From: a virus
Reading direction: 5' to 3' (one strand)
DNA: 64,000 nt
Virus record (IMG/VR): IMGVR_UViG_3300047476_001246
In this document: positions 17,992 to 26,752 of the stretch, piece by piece
Layout of the letters: each line of letters starts with the position of its first letter
Numbering within the stretch: the stretch's first letter is position 1
Position numbers and translations under genes: made by a program
The notes under the pieces: model-generated
What the model saw: the letters and a program-made list of their open reading frames with translations, nothing else
The model's database searches: none
What the model was told of the DNA's origin: nothing

Positions 17992-18503
17992 CAGGGACTT
18001 TCGTGTTTGTTGATACTGGTACCTGCATAATCAATATTTTTGAATCCACTCGCTTCGTTGTTGACAAGGACTGCAAATTTTGTGGTATCGTTCCAGATTG
18101 AATCCCAAACCGGACTGTTAGGCAAACATCCACTGACCCAGTCTTGACGAATCCAATCTATTGTGGCACCAGTGTCATTGATATCGTCCACAATTAAAAT
18201 CTTTTTACGACGTGCAGGATCTGTTTCTGTACCAGACTCGTCACGTTGGTCATGCGGTACATAACCAAATGCTTCTTCGGCCATCCATAAATTACTTTCA
18301 GAATCTCCGTCACCGTCTCTGAGGCTGACCTTCAATGTGTGCATGGGCACACCCAGATACTGACTGATCATAACAGCAGGAACAAGTCCTCCGCGAGTAA
18401 TTCCTACTACATAATCTGGACGCCAATTCTGTGCATACATGTCTCTTAGCATGGTTTGCACCAAAGATTGTACATGTGCGTTTGAATAATATAATTTGTT
18501 CAT
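17952..18503 (-). CDS. Purine phosphoribosyltransferase (Gpt/Hpt-like)
   Basis: VGITRGGL, PRPP loop ILIVDDINDTGAT and WVVFPWE. Confidence 0.88.
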   Translation of the reverse strand: MNKLYYSNAHVQSLVQTMLRDMYAQNWRPDYVVGITRGGLVPAVMISQYLGVPMHTLKVSLRDGDGDSESNLWMAEEAFGYVPHDQRDESGTETDPARRKKILIVDDINDTGATIDWIRQDWVSGCLPNSPVWDSIWNDTTKFAVLVNNEASGFKNIDYAGTSINKHESPCWVVFPWEDWWQR

Positions 18504-19288
18504 TTGATACCTCGAAATTGATTGTTAGCAATATCCACGGCCTCAATAACTCCGGAACTTATTGCATGAGTTTGAAGAACATTTATTATAGCACGAACAT
18601 CTTTAGGAAAGCAAGCTCCACCATAACCAAATTGACCGTCGGGTCCGGGCACTTGATTGTGACTTGAGCCCATTCGATCATCCACTTCAATCATTTCTGT
18701 AAACTTGTTCCAATCCCCACCCAATTGCTCACACAGTTTGTAGTACTGATTTAGTACAGTGACTTTGGTCGCTAAAAAGCTATTCATAAAATATTTCACG
18801 AGGCTTGCTGTGACCAAATCTGTTTTTACAATTGGCACAGACAGTCTTACCGCACTTGTTTGTATAATACGAATTGCATCATGACAGTCGTTGTTTCCAC
18901 CCACAAATATAAAGTTGGGATTTAGATAATCATAAATGGCCTGTCGCGCCACCAAAAATTCCGGAACATGATATAAATTGTAAACATGTTTATAGTCTAA
19001 CCAGAAATCCGGAGGAACAGTGCTCTTTACAATAATGGCACCTGAGTAGTGTCCGATTAAAGATTTCAATGTATCGCTGATAACAGTAGTATCGCATGCA
19101 CCGCTATCATCAGACGGGGTAGGTACGCATACAAAAATTGCACCTGGACGATCCTCAAGCAACTGGTTGATACTGTCAACAGAACCTGCAACTGCGGGAT
19201 CGTAAAATTTTACAGAATGGTCGCTGCCGAGCCAGCTGGCCTCAACTGCTCGACCAACATAGCCCATGCCAATAATACCAATTTTCAT
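18500..19288 (-). CDS. UDP-glucose/GDP-mannose dehydrogenase family protein
   Basis: GMGYVG, CVPTP, KSTVPP, PEFL, KY..N.FLA.KV and GYGG.CFPKD. Confidence 0.88.
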   Translation of the reverse strand: MKIGIIGMGYVGRAVEASWLGSDHSVKFYDPAVAGSVDSINQLLEDRPGAIFVCVPTPSDDSGACDTTVISDTLKSLIGHYSGAIIVKSTVPPDFWLDYKHVYNLYHVPEFLVARQAIYDYLNPNFIFVGGNNDCHDAIRIIQTSAVRLSVPIVKTDLVTASLVKYFMNSFLATKVTVLNQYYKLCEQLGGDWNKFTEMIEVDDRMGSSHNQVPGPDGQFGYGGACFPKDVRAIINVLQTHAISSGVIEAVDIANNQFRGIK

Positions 19289-19299
19289 AAATTGGCGTC

Positions 19300-19488
19300 T
19301 TAGTCTCGTTCCATTGCTGATGCTTCTTTGATAAGTTGCACTAACTCATCTAAAGTATTGCACAGAATTTTAACACTGGCCCAATCACCTTCTTCATTGC
19401 GACCACTGGCTTCAAACATAAAGCCATTGTCGTACATGTTAACGTTAAAGCTATCACTGATTTTAGTTAGTTTATCTTCGATTTTCAT
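19300..19488 (-). CDS. Hypothetical protein
   Basis: AGGAGA RBS. Confidence 0.6.
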   Translation of the reverse strand: MKIEDKLTKISDSFNVNMYDNGFMFEASGRNEEGDWASVKILCNTLDELVQLIKEASAMERD

Positions 19489-19513
19489 TTTTTCTCCTTG
19501 AAAAATTAATAGA

Positions 19514-19741
19514 TTATTTAAGTCCCTTTTTTTTCTTTTCTTCCTGCATGCCTTGTGCTATCATTTTTTTAACTATCAGCATGACCCTGCCTTTTTCTTT
19601 TTCAGTTAAAATCTTTACCAGCGTGAGTTTGTCTTCGTAGCTTTTGGCATTGTCAAGAAACTCAGCTGGTACAGTGATTTTAGGCTTTTTTGGTTTAAAC
19701 TTTTTTAAATTTGCTTGTATATCGTCGTTATCGTCGGACAT
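19514..19741 (-). CDS. Hypothetical basic protein
   Basis: ORF track. Confidence 0.55.
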   Translation of the reverse strand: MSDDNDDIQANLKKFKPKKPKITVPAEFLDNAKSYEDKLTLVKILTEKEKGRVMLIVKKMIAQGMQEEKKKKGLK

Positions 19742-19746
19742 TCATG

Positions 19747-20424
19747 TTATTCTTTCTTGATACCAAATAGCTGAAGCAAACTTAAAAATAGATTAATAAA
19801 ATCTAAATACAGGGTTAGAGCGCCCATTGCTTCAACAGCCGGACCATCCGATTCCATGATCTGTTCTCTAATCTTTTGAGTATCATATGCAGTCAGTCCT
19901 AAAAAGATTACAACTGCTGCGGCACTAATTACGGTTTGAAGAACAGACGATCCGATAAAGATATTTACGATGCTAGTGATAATAATGGCGATTAACGCCA
20001 CCATTAAGTATTTTCCTACACTGTCAAGACTCTGCTTGGTAAAATAACCGTATACGCTCATAACACAGAACAACACACCAGCACCAAAGAACGCACTGGC
20101 AATACTGGCTGTGGTGTAAACAACAAAAATTGTAGCAAAGCTGATGCCCATTAGTGCCGCAAAGCCGTGTAGGGTCAATTGAGCAGTAGTTTTACTTGGA
20201 TTATTGCCTAACACATATCCTACTGCAAAGATAGCAGCCAACGGTGCAAATATAACCACCCATTTCATAATGCCTGTAAATAGAAACGTCATTAGTGCAG
20301 CATTACTTGCTACCAATGCGCTAACGATCATACTTGTAAAAACAGCCATAGCCATGTTTCCATATACACGACTCATTGCTGTGTTAATCTCCGATGCAGT
20401 TTTATAAGGTAAAGCGTAGTCCAT
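19747..20424 (-). CDS. Bax inhibitor-1 / YccA family membrane protein
   Basis: Seven TM helices, AYDTQ.I and ALTLYLDFINLF..LL. Confidence 0.9.
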   Translation of the reverse strand: MDYALPYKTASEINTAMSRVYGNMAMAVFTSMIVSALVASNAALMTFLFTGIMKWVVIFAPLAAIFAVGYVLGNNPSKTTAQLTLHGFAALMGISFATIFVVYTTASIASAFFGAGVLFCVMSVYGYFTKQSLDSVGKYLMVALIAIIITSIVNIFIGSSVLQTVISAAAVVIFLGLTAYDTQKIREQIMESDGPAVEAMGALTLYLDFINLFLSLLQLFGIKKE

Positions 20425-20435
20425 AATTAATCTCC

Positions 20436-21215
20436 TTATCGTGGGGCAAATTCTTGTTGCAGTTTAACGTTGTCAAAAAACTCTTTCTTGGTTGCAGGGT
20501 CGTTCTTAAACGCACCTTTTAACACGGTAGTTTGGGTGAGACTACTGTGCGCCATAATTCCTCTATTTTCGCAACAGCCATGTGTCGCCTGTATGTATAC
20601 AGCCACATCCCCACTTCCAGTTGCAAATTCGATTTCTCGTGCAATGTCCATGCAAAGTTCTTCCTGAAGTGTACCGCGCCTCGCGCACCATTGAGCGATT
20701 CTAGTGTATTTGCTAAGACCAATGAGTTTCGGTCCAGCAATGATCCCAATATAAGCCACACCGGATACAGGCTGGTGATGATGACTGCAAACACTTTTAA
20801 GTTCTGAACGGACAACGAGCATACCTTCGTATTTTCCCGCCGTGTCATTTGGAAATGCAGTTGCATTTGGAGTCGGATCATATCGGCCTGCCATTAGTTC
20901 GTTGTAATACATCTTAGCAAGTCTGCGAGCAGTGCCTTGACTGTTAGGATCTGTGTCTCTGTCAATCAACAATGTGTCAAGTACTATTTCAAATGCTGCT
21001 GTGGCTTCGTCGATCAGTTTCTCCTTGTCTTTGTCGCTTACATAATCACTGATATTGTCGCCGGCCCAGTGTCGCTTATTGTCACGCTTCAATCGTGCTA
21101 AAATATTGCGATACAAAGGACCTTCACTGTAGCCACCTTCGCCAGCCATTGCACCTAGTGCTGTTTCGTCATTGCTTTCATACATTTTTTCGTAAACCAT
21201 ATAATTAATCTCCAA
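20436..21215 (-). CDS. folE: GTP cyclohydrolase I
   Basis: T..R.AKM, S.CSHH, IGLSK..R, LQE.L and HGC...RG. Confidence 0.93.
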   Translation of the reverse strand: MEINYMVYEKMYESNDETALGAMAGEGGYSEGPLYRNILARLKRDNKRHWAGDNISDYVSDKDKEKLIDEATAAFEIVLDTLLIDRDTDPNSQGTARRLAKMYYNELMAGRYDPTPNATAFPNDTAGKYEGMLVVRSELKSVCSHHHQPVSGVAYIGIIAGPKLIGLSKYTRIAQWCARRGTLQEELCMDIAREIEFATGSGDVAVYIQATHGCCENRGIMAHSSLTQTTVLKGAFKNDPATKKEFFDNVKLQQEFAPR

Positions 21216-21789
21216 TAATTTCTATATCCCGCAAGTCTGGATATTCGTGATATTTAGGCGGGTCATTAACAAAATACAATTTTTCTAAACCGATCCTTGC
21301 ATCTTCAATAGTGGGCCGATAATGGTAGCCCACCATGAACTTGCGCTGCGACTGCCACGGCTGTGTTGCGAGGTCGCGTCCATCATATCTTTGCTGTAAT
21401 AAAACGCCATATGCTTCCTTGTCATCTAGTAGTATAGCACCACCGTGGCCTATTTGTAAAGGCTTGTTATGACCAAAACTTACGCATTGCATTTGTCCCG
21501 GTCTATACATATCATTTTCCAATCTTCTGGCACTATCCCAAATGTTAGTGCCATGAAACGGATATTCTCCTACCCACTGCTCTTCGGTATACATGTATGT
21601 AATACCCAATTTATGCATAAGCATGGGTATACTTAAATAGGTAAACGCGGTAAATGCTGTTTGGGTCACACGATGATATCTCAAACACAACTCAATAGCA
21701 TGGGTGCAGCAATCGGTCATTATGGCATAAGGTGCGCCAGTTTTCTTTGCTAATAACTTTTCGAATTGTAGTATTGGTTCAAATGCCAC
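21205..21789 (-). CDS. Short DegT/DnrJ-family PLP aminotransferase (GTG start assumed)
   Basis: FE..LA...G..YA...DCCT.A, DSA and SF...K....G.GG. Confidence 0.75.
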   Translation of the reverse strand: MAFEPILQFEKLLAKKTGAPYAIMTDCCTHAIELCLRYHRVTQTAFTAFTYLSIPMLMHKLGITYMYTEEQWVGEYPFHGTNIWDSARRLENDMYRPGQMQCVSFGHNKPLQIGHGGAILLDDKEAYGVLLQQRYDGRDLATQPWQSQRKFMVGYHYRPTIEDARIGLEKLYFVNDPPKYHEYPDLRDIEIIGD

Positions 21790-22744
21790 TGGTATACCAC
21801 TTGTACGCTGAGTCAACGATTTGATTGATAGTAGAGTAGTTAGGCTTCCATTGAAGAATCGATCGAGCCCGAGTAGCATCAGCAATCAGCTGATCCGGAT
21901 CACCGGGCCTACGCGGTCCTGTTTGTATTTTTAATGGGCCGTAATTTATCGTTATGTAATCAATAATTTCTTGATTGCTAATCCCAGTATTGGTACCAAG
22001 ATTAAACACTGCCCAGCGATTATCTGTATTCCATTTGATAGCTCGATGGTGTGCATCTGCTAGATCCCACACATGAATATAATCTCTTATACATGTTCTA
22101 TCTGGGGTATTAAAATCTATTCCGTTAAGTGTAAAGAACTCGTCGCGAATTTTTGATTCTAACAGTCTAGCAATAATATGTCCAGCGCCAGGTGCTTGTC
22201 CTAGATCGTGATTGTTGGGCTCGGCACCAGCTGCATTGAAATATCTGAAACAAACACTAGGTAGTCCGTATGCTTGATTGTAGTTTTGCAGCAGCACTTC
22301 AACTAGATCCTTGGTATGACCATATGGACTGATTGGCCTTACCCGGTCTGTTTCAACCAATGGAACATGATCAGGATTGCCGTAAACACTAGCACTAGAA
22401 CTGAAAAGAATAAGCGGTTTCTTTTTATAATCCTTAACATGATTCAAAAAAGTTATTGTCTTGGCCACATTGTTATCGTAATACTTGGCCGGATCTTCAA
22501 CACTTTCTCTTACAGAAATGTCTCCGGCACAATGTACAATGACGTCAGGTTGAATTTCATCTAACCATAACAAGCTTTGTCGAGACACGTAATCTGTGTG
22601 TAAAAAACCGTCGACGTTTTTTAGTGTGTGATCTCTACGTTCGCGATCAATCACATACACACTTGATCCTTCGTTGTGTTGTTTTAAATAGCGAGCGATG
22701 TGACTACCAATATAGCCACATCCTCCAGTAATTACTATTTTCAT
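21779..22744 (-). CDS. galE: UDP-glucose 4-epimerase
   Basis: TGG.GYIGSH, FSSSA.VYG, SPYG.TK, RYFNAAGA, RDYIHV.DLA and RRPGD. Confidence 0.92.
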   Translation of the reverse strand: MKIVITGGCGYIGSHIARYLKQHNEGSSVYVIDRERRDHTLKNVDGFLHTDYVSRQSLLWLDEIQPDVIVHCAGDISVRESVEDPAKYYDNNVAKTITFLNHVKDYKKKPLILFSSSASVYGNPDHVPLVETDRVRPISPYGHTKDLVEVLLQNYNQAYGLPSVCFRYFNAAGAEPNNHDLGQAPGAGHIIARLLESKIRDEFFTLNGIDFNTPDRTCIRDYIHVWDLADAHHRAIKWNTDNRWAVFNLGTNTGISNQEIIDYITINYGPLKIQTGPRRPGDPDQLIADATRARSILQWKPNYSTINQIVDSAYKWYTSGI

Positions 22745-22959
22745 TGTGCGTGATTTTCTTTAAGTACGGATAGTAGTTTACATTGTTCATAAATCTTTGT
22801 CAAGTCAACCCATCCGCCCATACCATTAGCAATTTCAAATTTTTGATCGCTGCCCCATGCTGTGGCAGCACGATAGTAAAGCAGTTCGGCAGCCGATTCA
22901 GACAGAATTGGTGACTCCTGCATCACCAATTCTGTCCATAGTTTAATACTTGGAGGCAT
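22741..22959 (-). CDS. Hypothetical protein
   Basis: ORF track. Confidence 0.5.
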   Translation of the reverse strand: MPPSIKLWTELVMQESPILSESAAELLYYRAATAWGSDQKFEIANGMGGWVDLTKIYEQCKLLSVLKENHAQ

Positions 22960-24136
22960 GTGTATGTTTACGATAGTCAGTACTCATACGTAGCCACTGC
23001 TCGCCCTTGCCTTCAAGGATATCGCAGACACGGTCAATAGTGCCATCGTTCCACGCACTAAATTTACCCATGTTGATGTGTGGGTTCTTGAGGAGGGGAA
23101 TAAGTTTTTCGATTGCGTCTGTAAGCGACCACGGGATATAAAGTCTTTGGTTATCGTTTGCAAAAGCTTCGGGAAAACTACGGTAGGCTGGGTATAGTAT
23201 GTTAGCACCCAAAGTATCAGCTTCACTTGCAGTATTCGAAACCCAATCCTGAAGAGCACAATTAAACAGCACTCGCGTATCGTTGAGTAGAGCGTAGTAA
23301 TCATTCTTTTCAAGATCTTCATATACTACTAACTTTCCTTCTGCTTGCAGTCTGCGAGTACGCTCCATGTAGCTGCTATTGTTAGACTTTAGTTTACTGC
23401 CACTAAAGATCGCAAACTCAACCCGAGGCCAATCGTTATAAGGCATTGCTGCTAGACGATGGTATTCTTCGATCAAATCCATGTAGAAGTCAGGCTGCTT
23501 CTCTTGATCCCATCTAGCAGCAAAGCCTACACGATATGCACGATCCTCAAACTTTTTAAGTTCACCTTCGACTCGACCTCGTACTTCTGCTTTACCAAAT
23601 GCAAGACCACTAATGTTATAGACGGGGGCTTTCCAACCTGCCACTTTCATATGCATGACCATTTCCTCGTTGGTAGCCAGAACAATGTCAGCAAATGAGT
23701 CTACCATCTTTTCGTAATGCCCCATCCATTCTTGCATGCCCCAGACATGAACAAAGTCATCTGGGTCAATAGTTTGTGCAAGACAACGAACGGCAATGCG
23801 AGGACGCATATTAGCAGGAACTTGATCGAGAATATAAGGTAAGCTCTCGATGCCGGCTGTAAACATATCTTCAAAGTAGATAACATCCTCATTGGTAATT
23901 TCTCCTTGTTTCATCAATTTGACTAATTTAGCCAACTGTGTCATTGAATAATATGTGCGGCCATGTGCATCCAGAACTTGACCGGTAACGATTGCCTTGT
24001 CTGTATCTAGGGTTTCGCCTTCAACAATGACATAATCGATGCCTCGTTTTTTAAACACGGCTTCGTTCCATGTCTGCAATTGAAGTGTGTATCGAGCCTT
24101 ATAAGACTCTAGTCCAACATAAAATAATTTTCTCAT
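22943..24136 (-). CDS. GT-B fold glycosyltransferase
   Basis: F.ARW..EKQP, YY.LL..RVLF..ALQD....T..EA...G and P..RSFPE (Ex7E-like region). Confidence 0.75.
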   Translation of the reverse strand: MRKLFYVGLESYKARYTLQLQTWNEAVFKKRGIDYVIVEGETLDTDKAIVTGQVLDAHGRTYYSMTQLAKLVKLMKQGEITNEDVIYFEDMFTAGIESLPYILDQVPANMRPRIAVRCLAQTIDPDDFVHVWGMQEWMGHYEKMVDSFADIVLATNEEMVMHMKVAGWKAPVYNISGLAFGKAEVRGRVEGELKKFEDRAYRVGFAARWDQEKQPDFYMDLIEEYHRLAAMPYNDWPRVEFAIFSGSKLKSNNSSYMERTRRLQAEGKLVVYEDLEKNDYYALLNDTRVLFNCALQDWVSNTASEADTLGANILYPAYRSFPEAFANDNQRLYIPWSLTDAIEKLIPLLKNPHINMGKFSAWNDGTIDRVCDILEGKGEQWLRMSTDYRKHTHASKY

Positions 24137-24142
24137 AGTGTG

Positions 24143-24171
24143 ATTATATAGAAAGATGCTTGAAAAAACAA
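24143..24171 (-). promoter_or_regulatory. Sigma70-type promoter, probably leaderless, for the glycosyltransferase
   Basis: TTGTTT-17-TATAAT, 6 nt before ATG. Confidence 0.55.
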
Positions 24172-24180
24172 GATATTTTG

Positions 24181-24249
24181 ATAAATAAAAATGCCGATCG
24201 CGATACTGGAATATCCACCGGCTCTAACAGTTTATAAGGAACTATCAGC
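24181..24249 (+). promoter_or_regulatory. Late promoter and two-hairpin leader of the endonuclease
   Basis: ATAAATA; GCCG..GATA/TATC..CGGC stem; AGTT/AACT stem around AAGGA. Confidence 0.5.
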
Positions 24250-24843
24250 ATGTCTATTTATACTGCGATTGATCGCACCCCGTTTACTTATGTTATAACT
24301 CATATTCCGACCGGAAAGCGATACTATGGTGCTAGATACAGCATACATTGTAAACCTGAAGATCTTTGGTCTAAATACTTTACATCGTCCCAGGCTGTAC
24401 ATAATCTTATAAAAGAATACGGAAAACAATCATTTAATATTAGCATTCGCAAAGTCTTTACTAGTGTATCAAAATGCAGAGATTGGGAATCTCGTTTCTT
24501 GCATAAAATTAATGCAAGGTTTAATCCTGAATGGATCAATGCTCATAATGGCGGATCTAATTTTTATAATATAGATAAAGCATCAGATATTACTAAACAG
24601 CGTATGAGTAAAGTTCGTTTAGGTAAACCAAAATCTGAATCAATGAAACAAAATGCTATGTGGTACTATGAATTAAAATTTGATACAGGAACAATTGAAC
24701 ATATTAAAGGCAAAGTAAATGTATTAGAAAGACTCAATCGCAAAGACTGGGAATCTATACGGATTACAATTCAATCGAAGAATGGTTACTTACGCAAGGA
24801 TAAAGTAACCATTCAACGAATGCCAAAGTCATTTACACCATAA
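24250..24843 (+). CDS. GIY-YIG-like (Seg-type) homing endonuclease, inverted orientation
   Basis: PFTYVI...TGKRYYG.R, YFTSS, E...L, WIN and a NUMOD3-like KQRMSK.RLGKPKS segment. Confidence 0.78.
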   Translation: MSIYTAIDRTPFTYVITHIPTGKRYYGARYSIHCKPEDLWSKYFTSSQAVHNLIKEYGKQSFNISIRKVFTSVSKCRDWESRFLHKINARFNPEWINAHNGGSNFYNIDKASDITKQRMSKVRLGKPKSESMKQNAMWYYELKFDTGTIEHIKGKVNVLERLNRKDWESIRITIQSKNGYLRKDKVTIQRMPKSFTP

Positions 24844-24851
24844 TTTTCGCA

Positions 24852-25373
24852 TCATTTTTTAAATAATCCTTCCGCAGCAGAGTTGACTCTGATATCTAGC
24901 TCGCGTAGAGCATCCTCAGAAATTTGTGCAGAGTATTTTGCAGCGGCCTGCGACTTCCAATAATCTTCTGCAGAGATAGCATTGGTACCGGTGCTTTGTG
25001 TTTGTGGCCATCGCGCTGCTTGTTCAGCACCGCCACGATATCCGCCCGAGGCTCTATCCGACCATGCATTCATTTTTTGTAGATTTTGAATTTCGTGCCT
25101 TAGGTCTGACACTATTCTACGCAAGTCGTTAAGGTCTTCTTGCATTCTACGCATTGGACCTCTACGACCATTCAAGCCCCTGTCCTTATCTTCGTGCTCG
25201 TCACTGGTAAGAATAACCATCATCATGAGTTGACGCAAGGCATTCTTGACTCGAGGATCGTCACTGGTCAATGCTTCGTCGAATAGTTCAGTTAGACGCT
25301 CTAGGTCGTAATCTGAACTGTCCTTTTCTCTCATTGCACCGCTCATTGGGTACGTTCTTTCTTGGCGTACCAA
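24852..25373 (-). CDS. Hypothetical coiled-coil protein
   Basis: ORF track. Confidence 0.6.
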   Translation of the reverse strand: MVRQERTYPMSGAMREKDSSDYDLERLTELFDEALTSDDPRVKNALRQLMMMVILTSDEHEDKDRGLNGRRGPMRRMQEDLNDLRRIVSDLRHEIQNLQKMNAWSDRASGGYRGGAEQAARWPQTQSTGTNAISAEDYWKSQAAAKYSAQISEDALRELDIRVNSAAEGLFKK

Positions 25374-25564
25374 TTCATTTTAGGATATTTGCCGCGTCGA
25401 GCACGATCGAACTCTCCCCATGGAGTGCTATTGTTGTATAGATGTCGTTCGTCATACGGGTATCCGTATTGAACGCAGAACTCGCGATACCGGTCAAGTT
25501 CATCAAAAATTTGAGTGACTTCGGGTTTCATAGTCAGGTACTTCTTGAGCCATTTAGCGGCCAT
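25343..25564 (-). CDS. Hypothetical protein
   Basis: AGGAGA RBS. Confidence 0.65.
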   Translation of the reverse strand: MAAKWLKKYLTMKPEVTQIFDELDRYREFCVQYGYPYDERHLYNNSTPWGEFDRARRGKYPKMNWYAKKERTQ

Positions 25565-25574
25565 TTTAATCTCC

Positions 25575-26024
25575 TTAGATTTTTATTGATAGAGAAGGTT
25601 GATGAGTGTTGTAAGTAATAGAGCAGCCATTTTCGCCATCTTCACTTACTTCAATTATAACACGACGATCGGGATATCTATTAGCAATTTGAACATACAG
25701 TTCATCAGCAATCATCTCGCATGATTTGTAGTCCAGTCGCAGACAATTTGATTCCCCTGAATACAGTGCTTCCAGCCATCGTTTGAATTGGATGAACTCG
25801 ATATCACGGTCATTGTGCCATACGTCGATTGACACCCGGAAGTGAAAAATATGGCGATGAGGATAGCCAAGAAACGATACATCATATTGATCTCCAGTTG
25901 CTAGTTTTGGGTCATCAAGTGCTGCTGGATATTTATGAATACCTTCTTTGCGAAAAGTGACCCAAATTTGTCTTTGGGCTTGTTCCATGATTCTATCCGC
26001 TGTGTCTCTTTGTTCTTGATTCAT
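25575..26024 (-). CDS. Second T-fold QueD-like protein, DpdL-like (putative CDG decarboxylase)
   Basis: EG.H, LGYPHRHIF (LxxxHRHxF), DIEF, SCEM.A and VSEDGENG. Confidence 0.7.
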   Translation of the reverse strand: MNQEQRDTADRIMEQAQRQIWVTFRKEGIHKYPAALDDPKLATGDQYDVSFLGYPHRHIFHFRVSIDVWHNDRDIEFIQFKRWLEALYSGESNCLRLDYKSCEMIADELYVQIANRYPDRRVIIEVSEDGENGCSITYNTHQPSLSIKI

Positions 26025-26536
26025 CTAACAATCTCGTCTTTAGTGTATTTGGACCAATCAGTAAATGACTGATCTCGTTTCATTAAATTGTGTACGCTAT
26101 GGCACCAAACCCCAGGATTTGTTGCAGCGAAATCTTTGTCGTCTAACTTAATTGTAGCATTATATCCCAGTTGTTGTATATAGGGCAATTTAACCGAAAT
26201 CATAGGAATAAAATTATGCCGTTCGGTCAATCCGCTTTCTAGTAGACCCTCAACTTGGTTAACGTCAATATCCAACGTACAAAGAGTTCCTTTGGATAAA
26301 AATGGATGAATCATGTTCTCCCACTTGGTCCATTCAGTACTATTTGTGTCAATTGGCGGAAAACTTTGATTGGCACCAAAATAAATGTGTGTACATTTAT
26401 GAGCAACCATTGCTGCTTCAATTAGTTCTTGTGATTGAATGCCAACCACAAACAATGTTTTTTGACCGTAAGCTGGACTGTGTTCAACTTCCGTGCCAAC
26501 AAACAAACTTGTATTATTGTGACCTGCTCTATTCAT
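26021..26536 (-). CDS. Hypothetical protein within the deazaguanine cluster
   Basis: G.EVEH, HIYFGAN.SF and K.DD.DF..TNPGVW. Confidence 0.7.
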   Translation of the reverse strand: MNRAGHNNTSLFVGTEVEHSPAYGQKTLFVVGIQSQELIEAAMVAHKCTHIYFGANQSFPPIDTNSTEWTKWENMIHPFLSKGTLCTLDIDVNQVEGLLESGLTERHNFIPMISVKLPYIQQLGYNATIKLDDKDFAATNPGVWCHSVHNLMKRDQSFTDWSKYTKDEIVR

Positions 26537-26751
26537 TAATAATCATCTCCATAACCGGTTCGCTGTGTATCCTCTTCCCACTGTAGTTTAGTTAGTTTAC
26601 TGATTTCGTCCTTAATGAGCAACTTTTTCTTTTTGAGATCAGCCAAGTGTTCGATATCTACACCTGGATGATTGTTTTGCATCTCGTTAATTTGCTTGTC
26701 CAGCAACTTGTGCATTTCTTCTAGATGGTTAATTCTGCTTTTATAACTCAT
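26536..26751 (-). CDS. DUF465/YdcH-like small coiled-coil protein
   Basis: H..LD..I and LKK.KL..KDEI. Confidence 0.7.
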   Translation of the reverse strand: MSYKSRINHLEEMHKLLDKQINEMQNNHPGVDIEHLADLKKKKLLIKDEISKLTKLQWEEDTQRTGYGDDY

Positions 26752-26752
26752 G

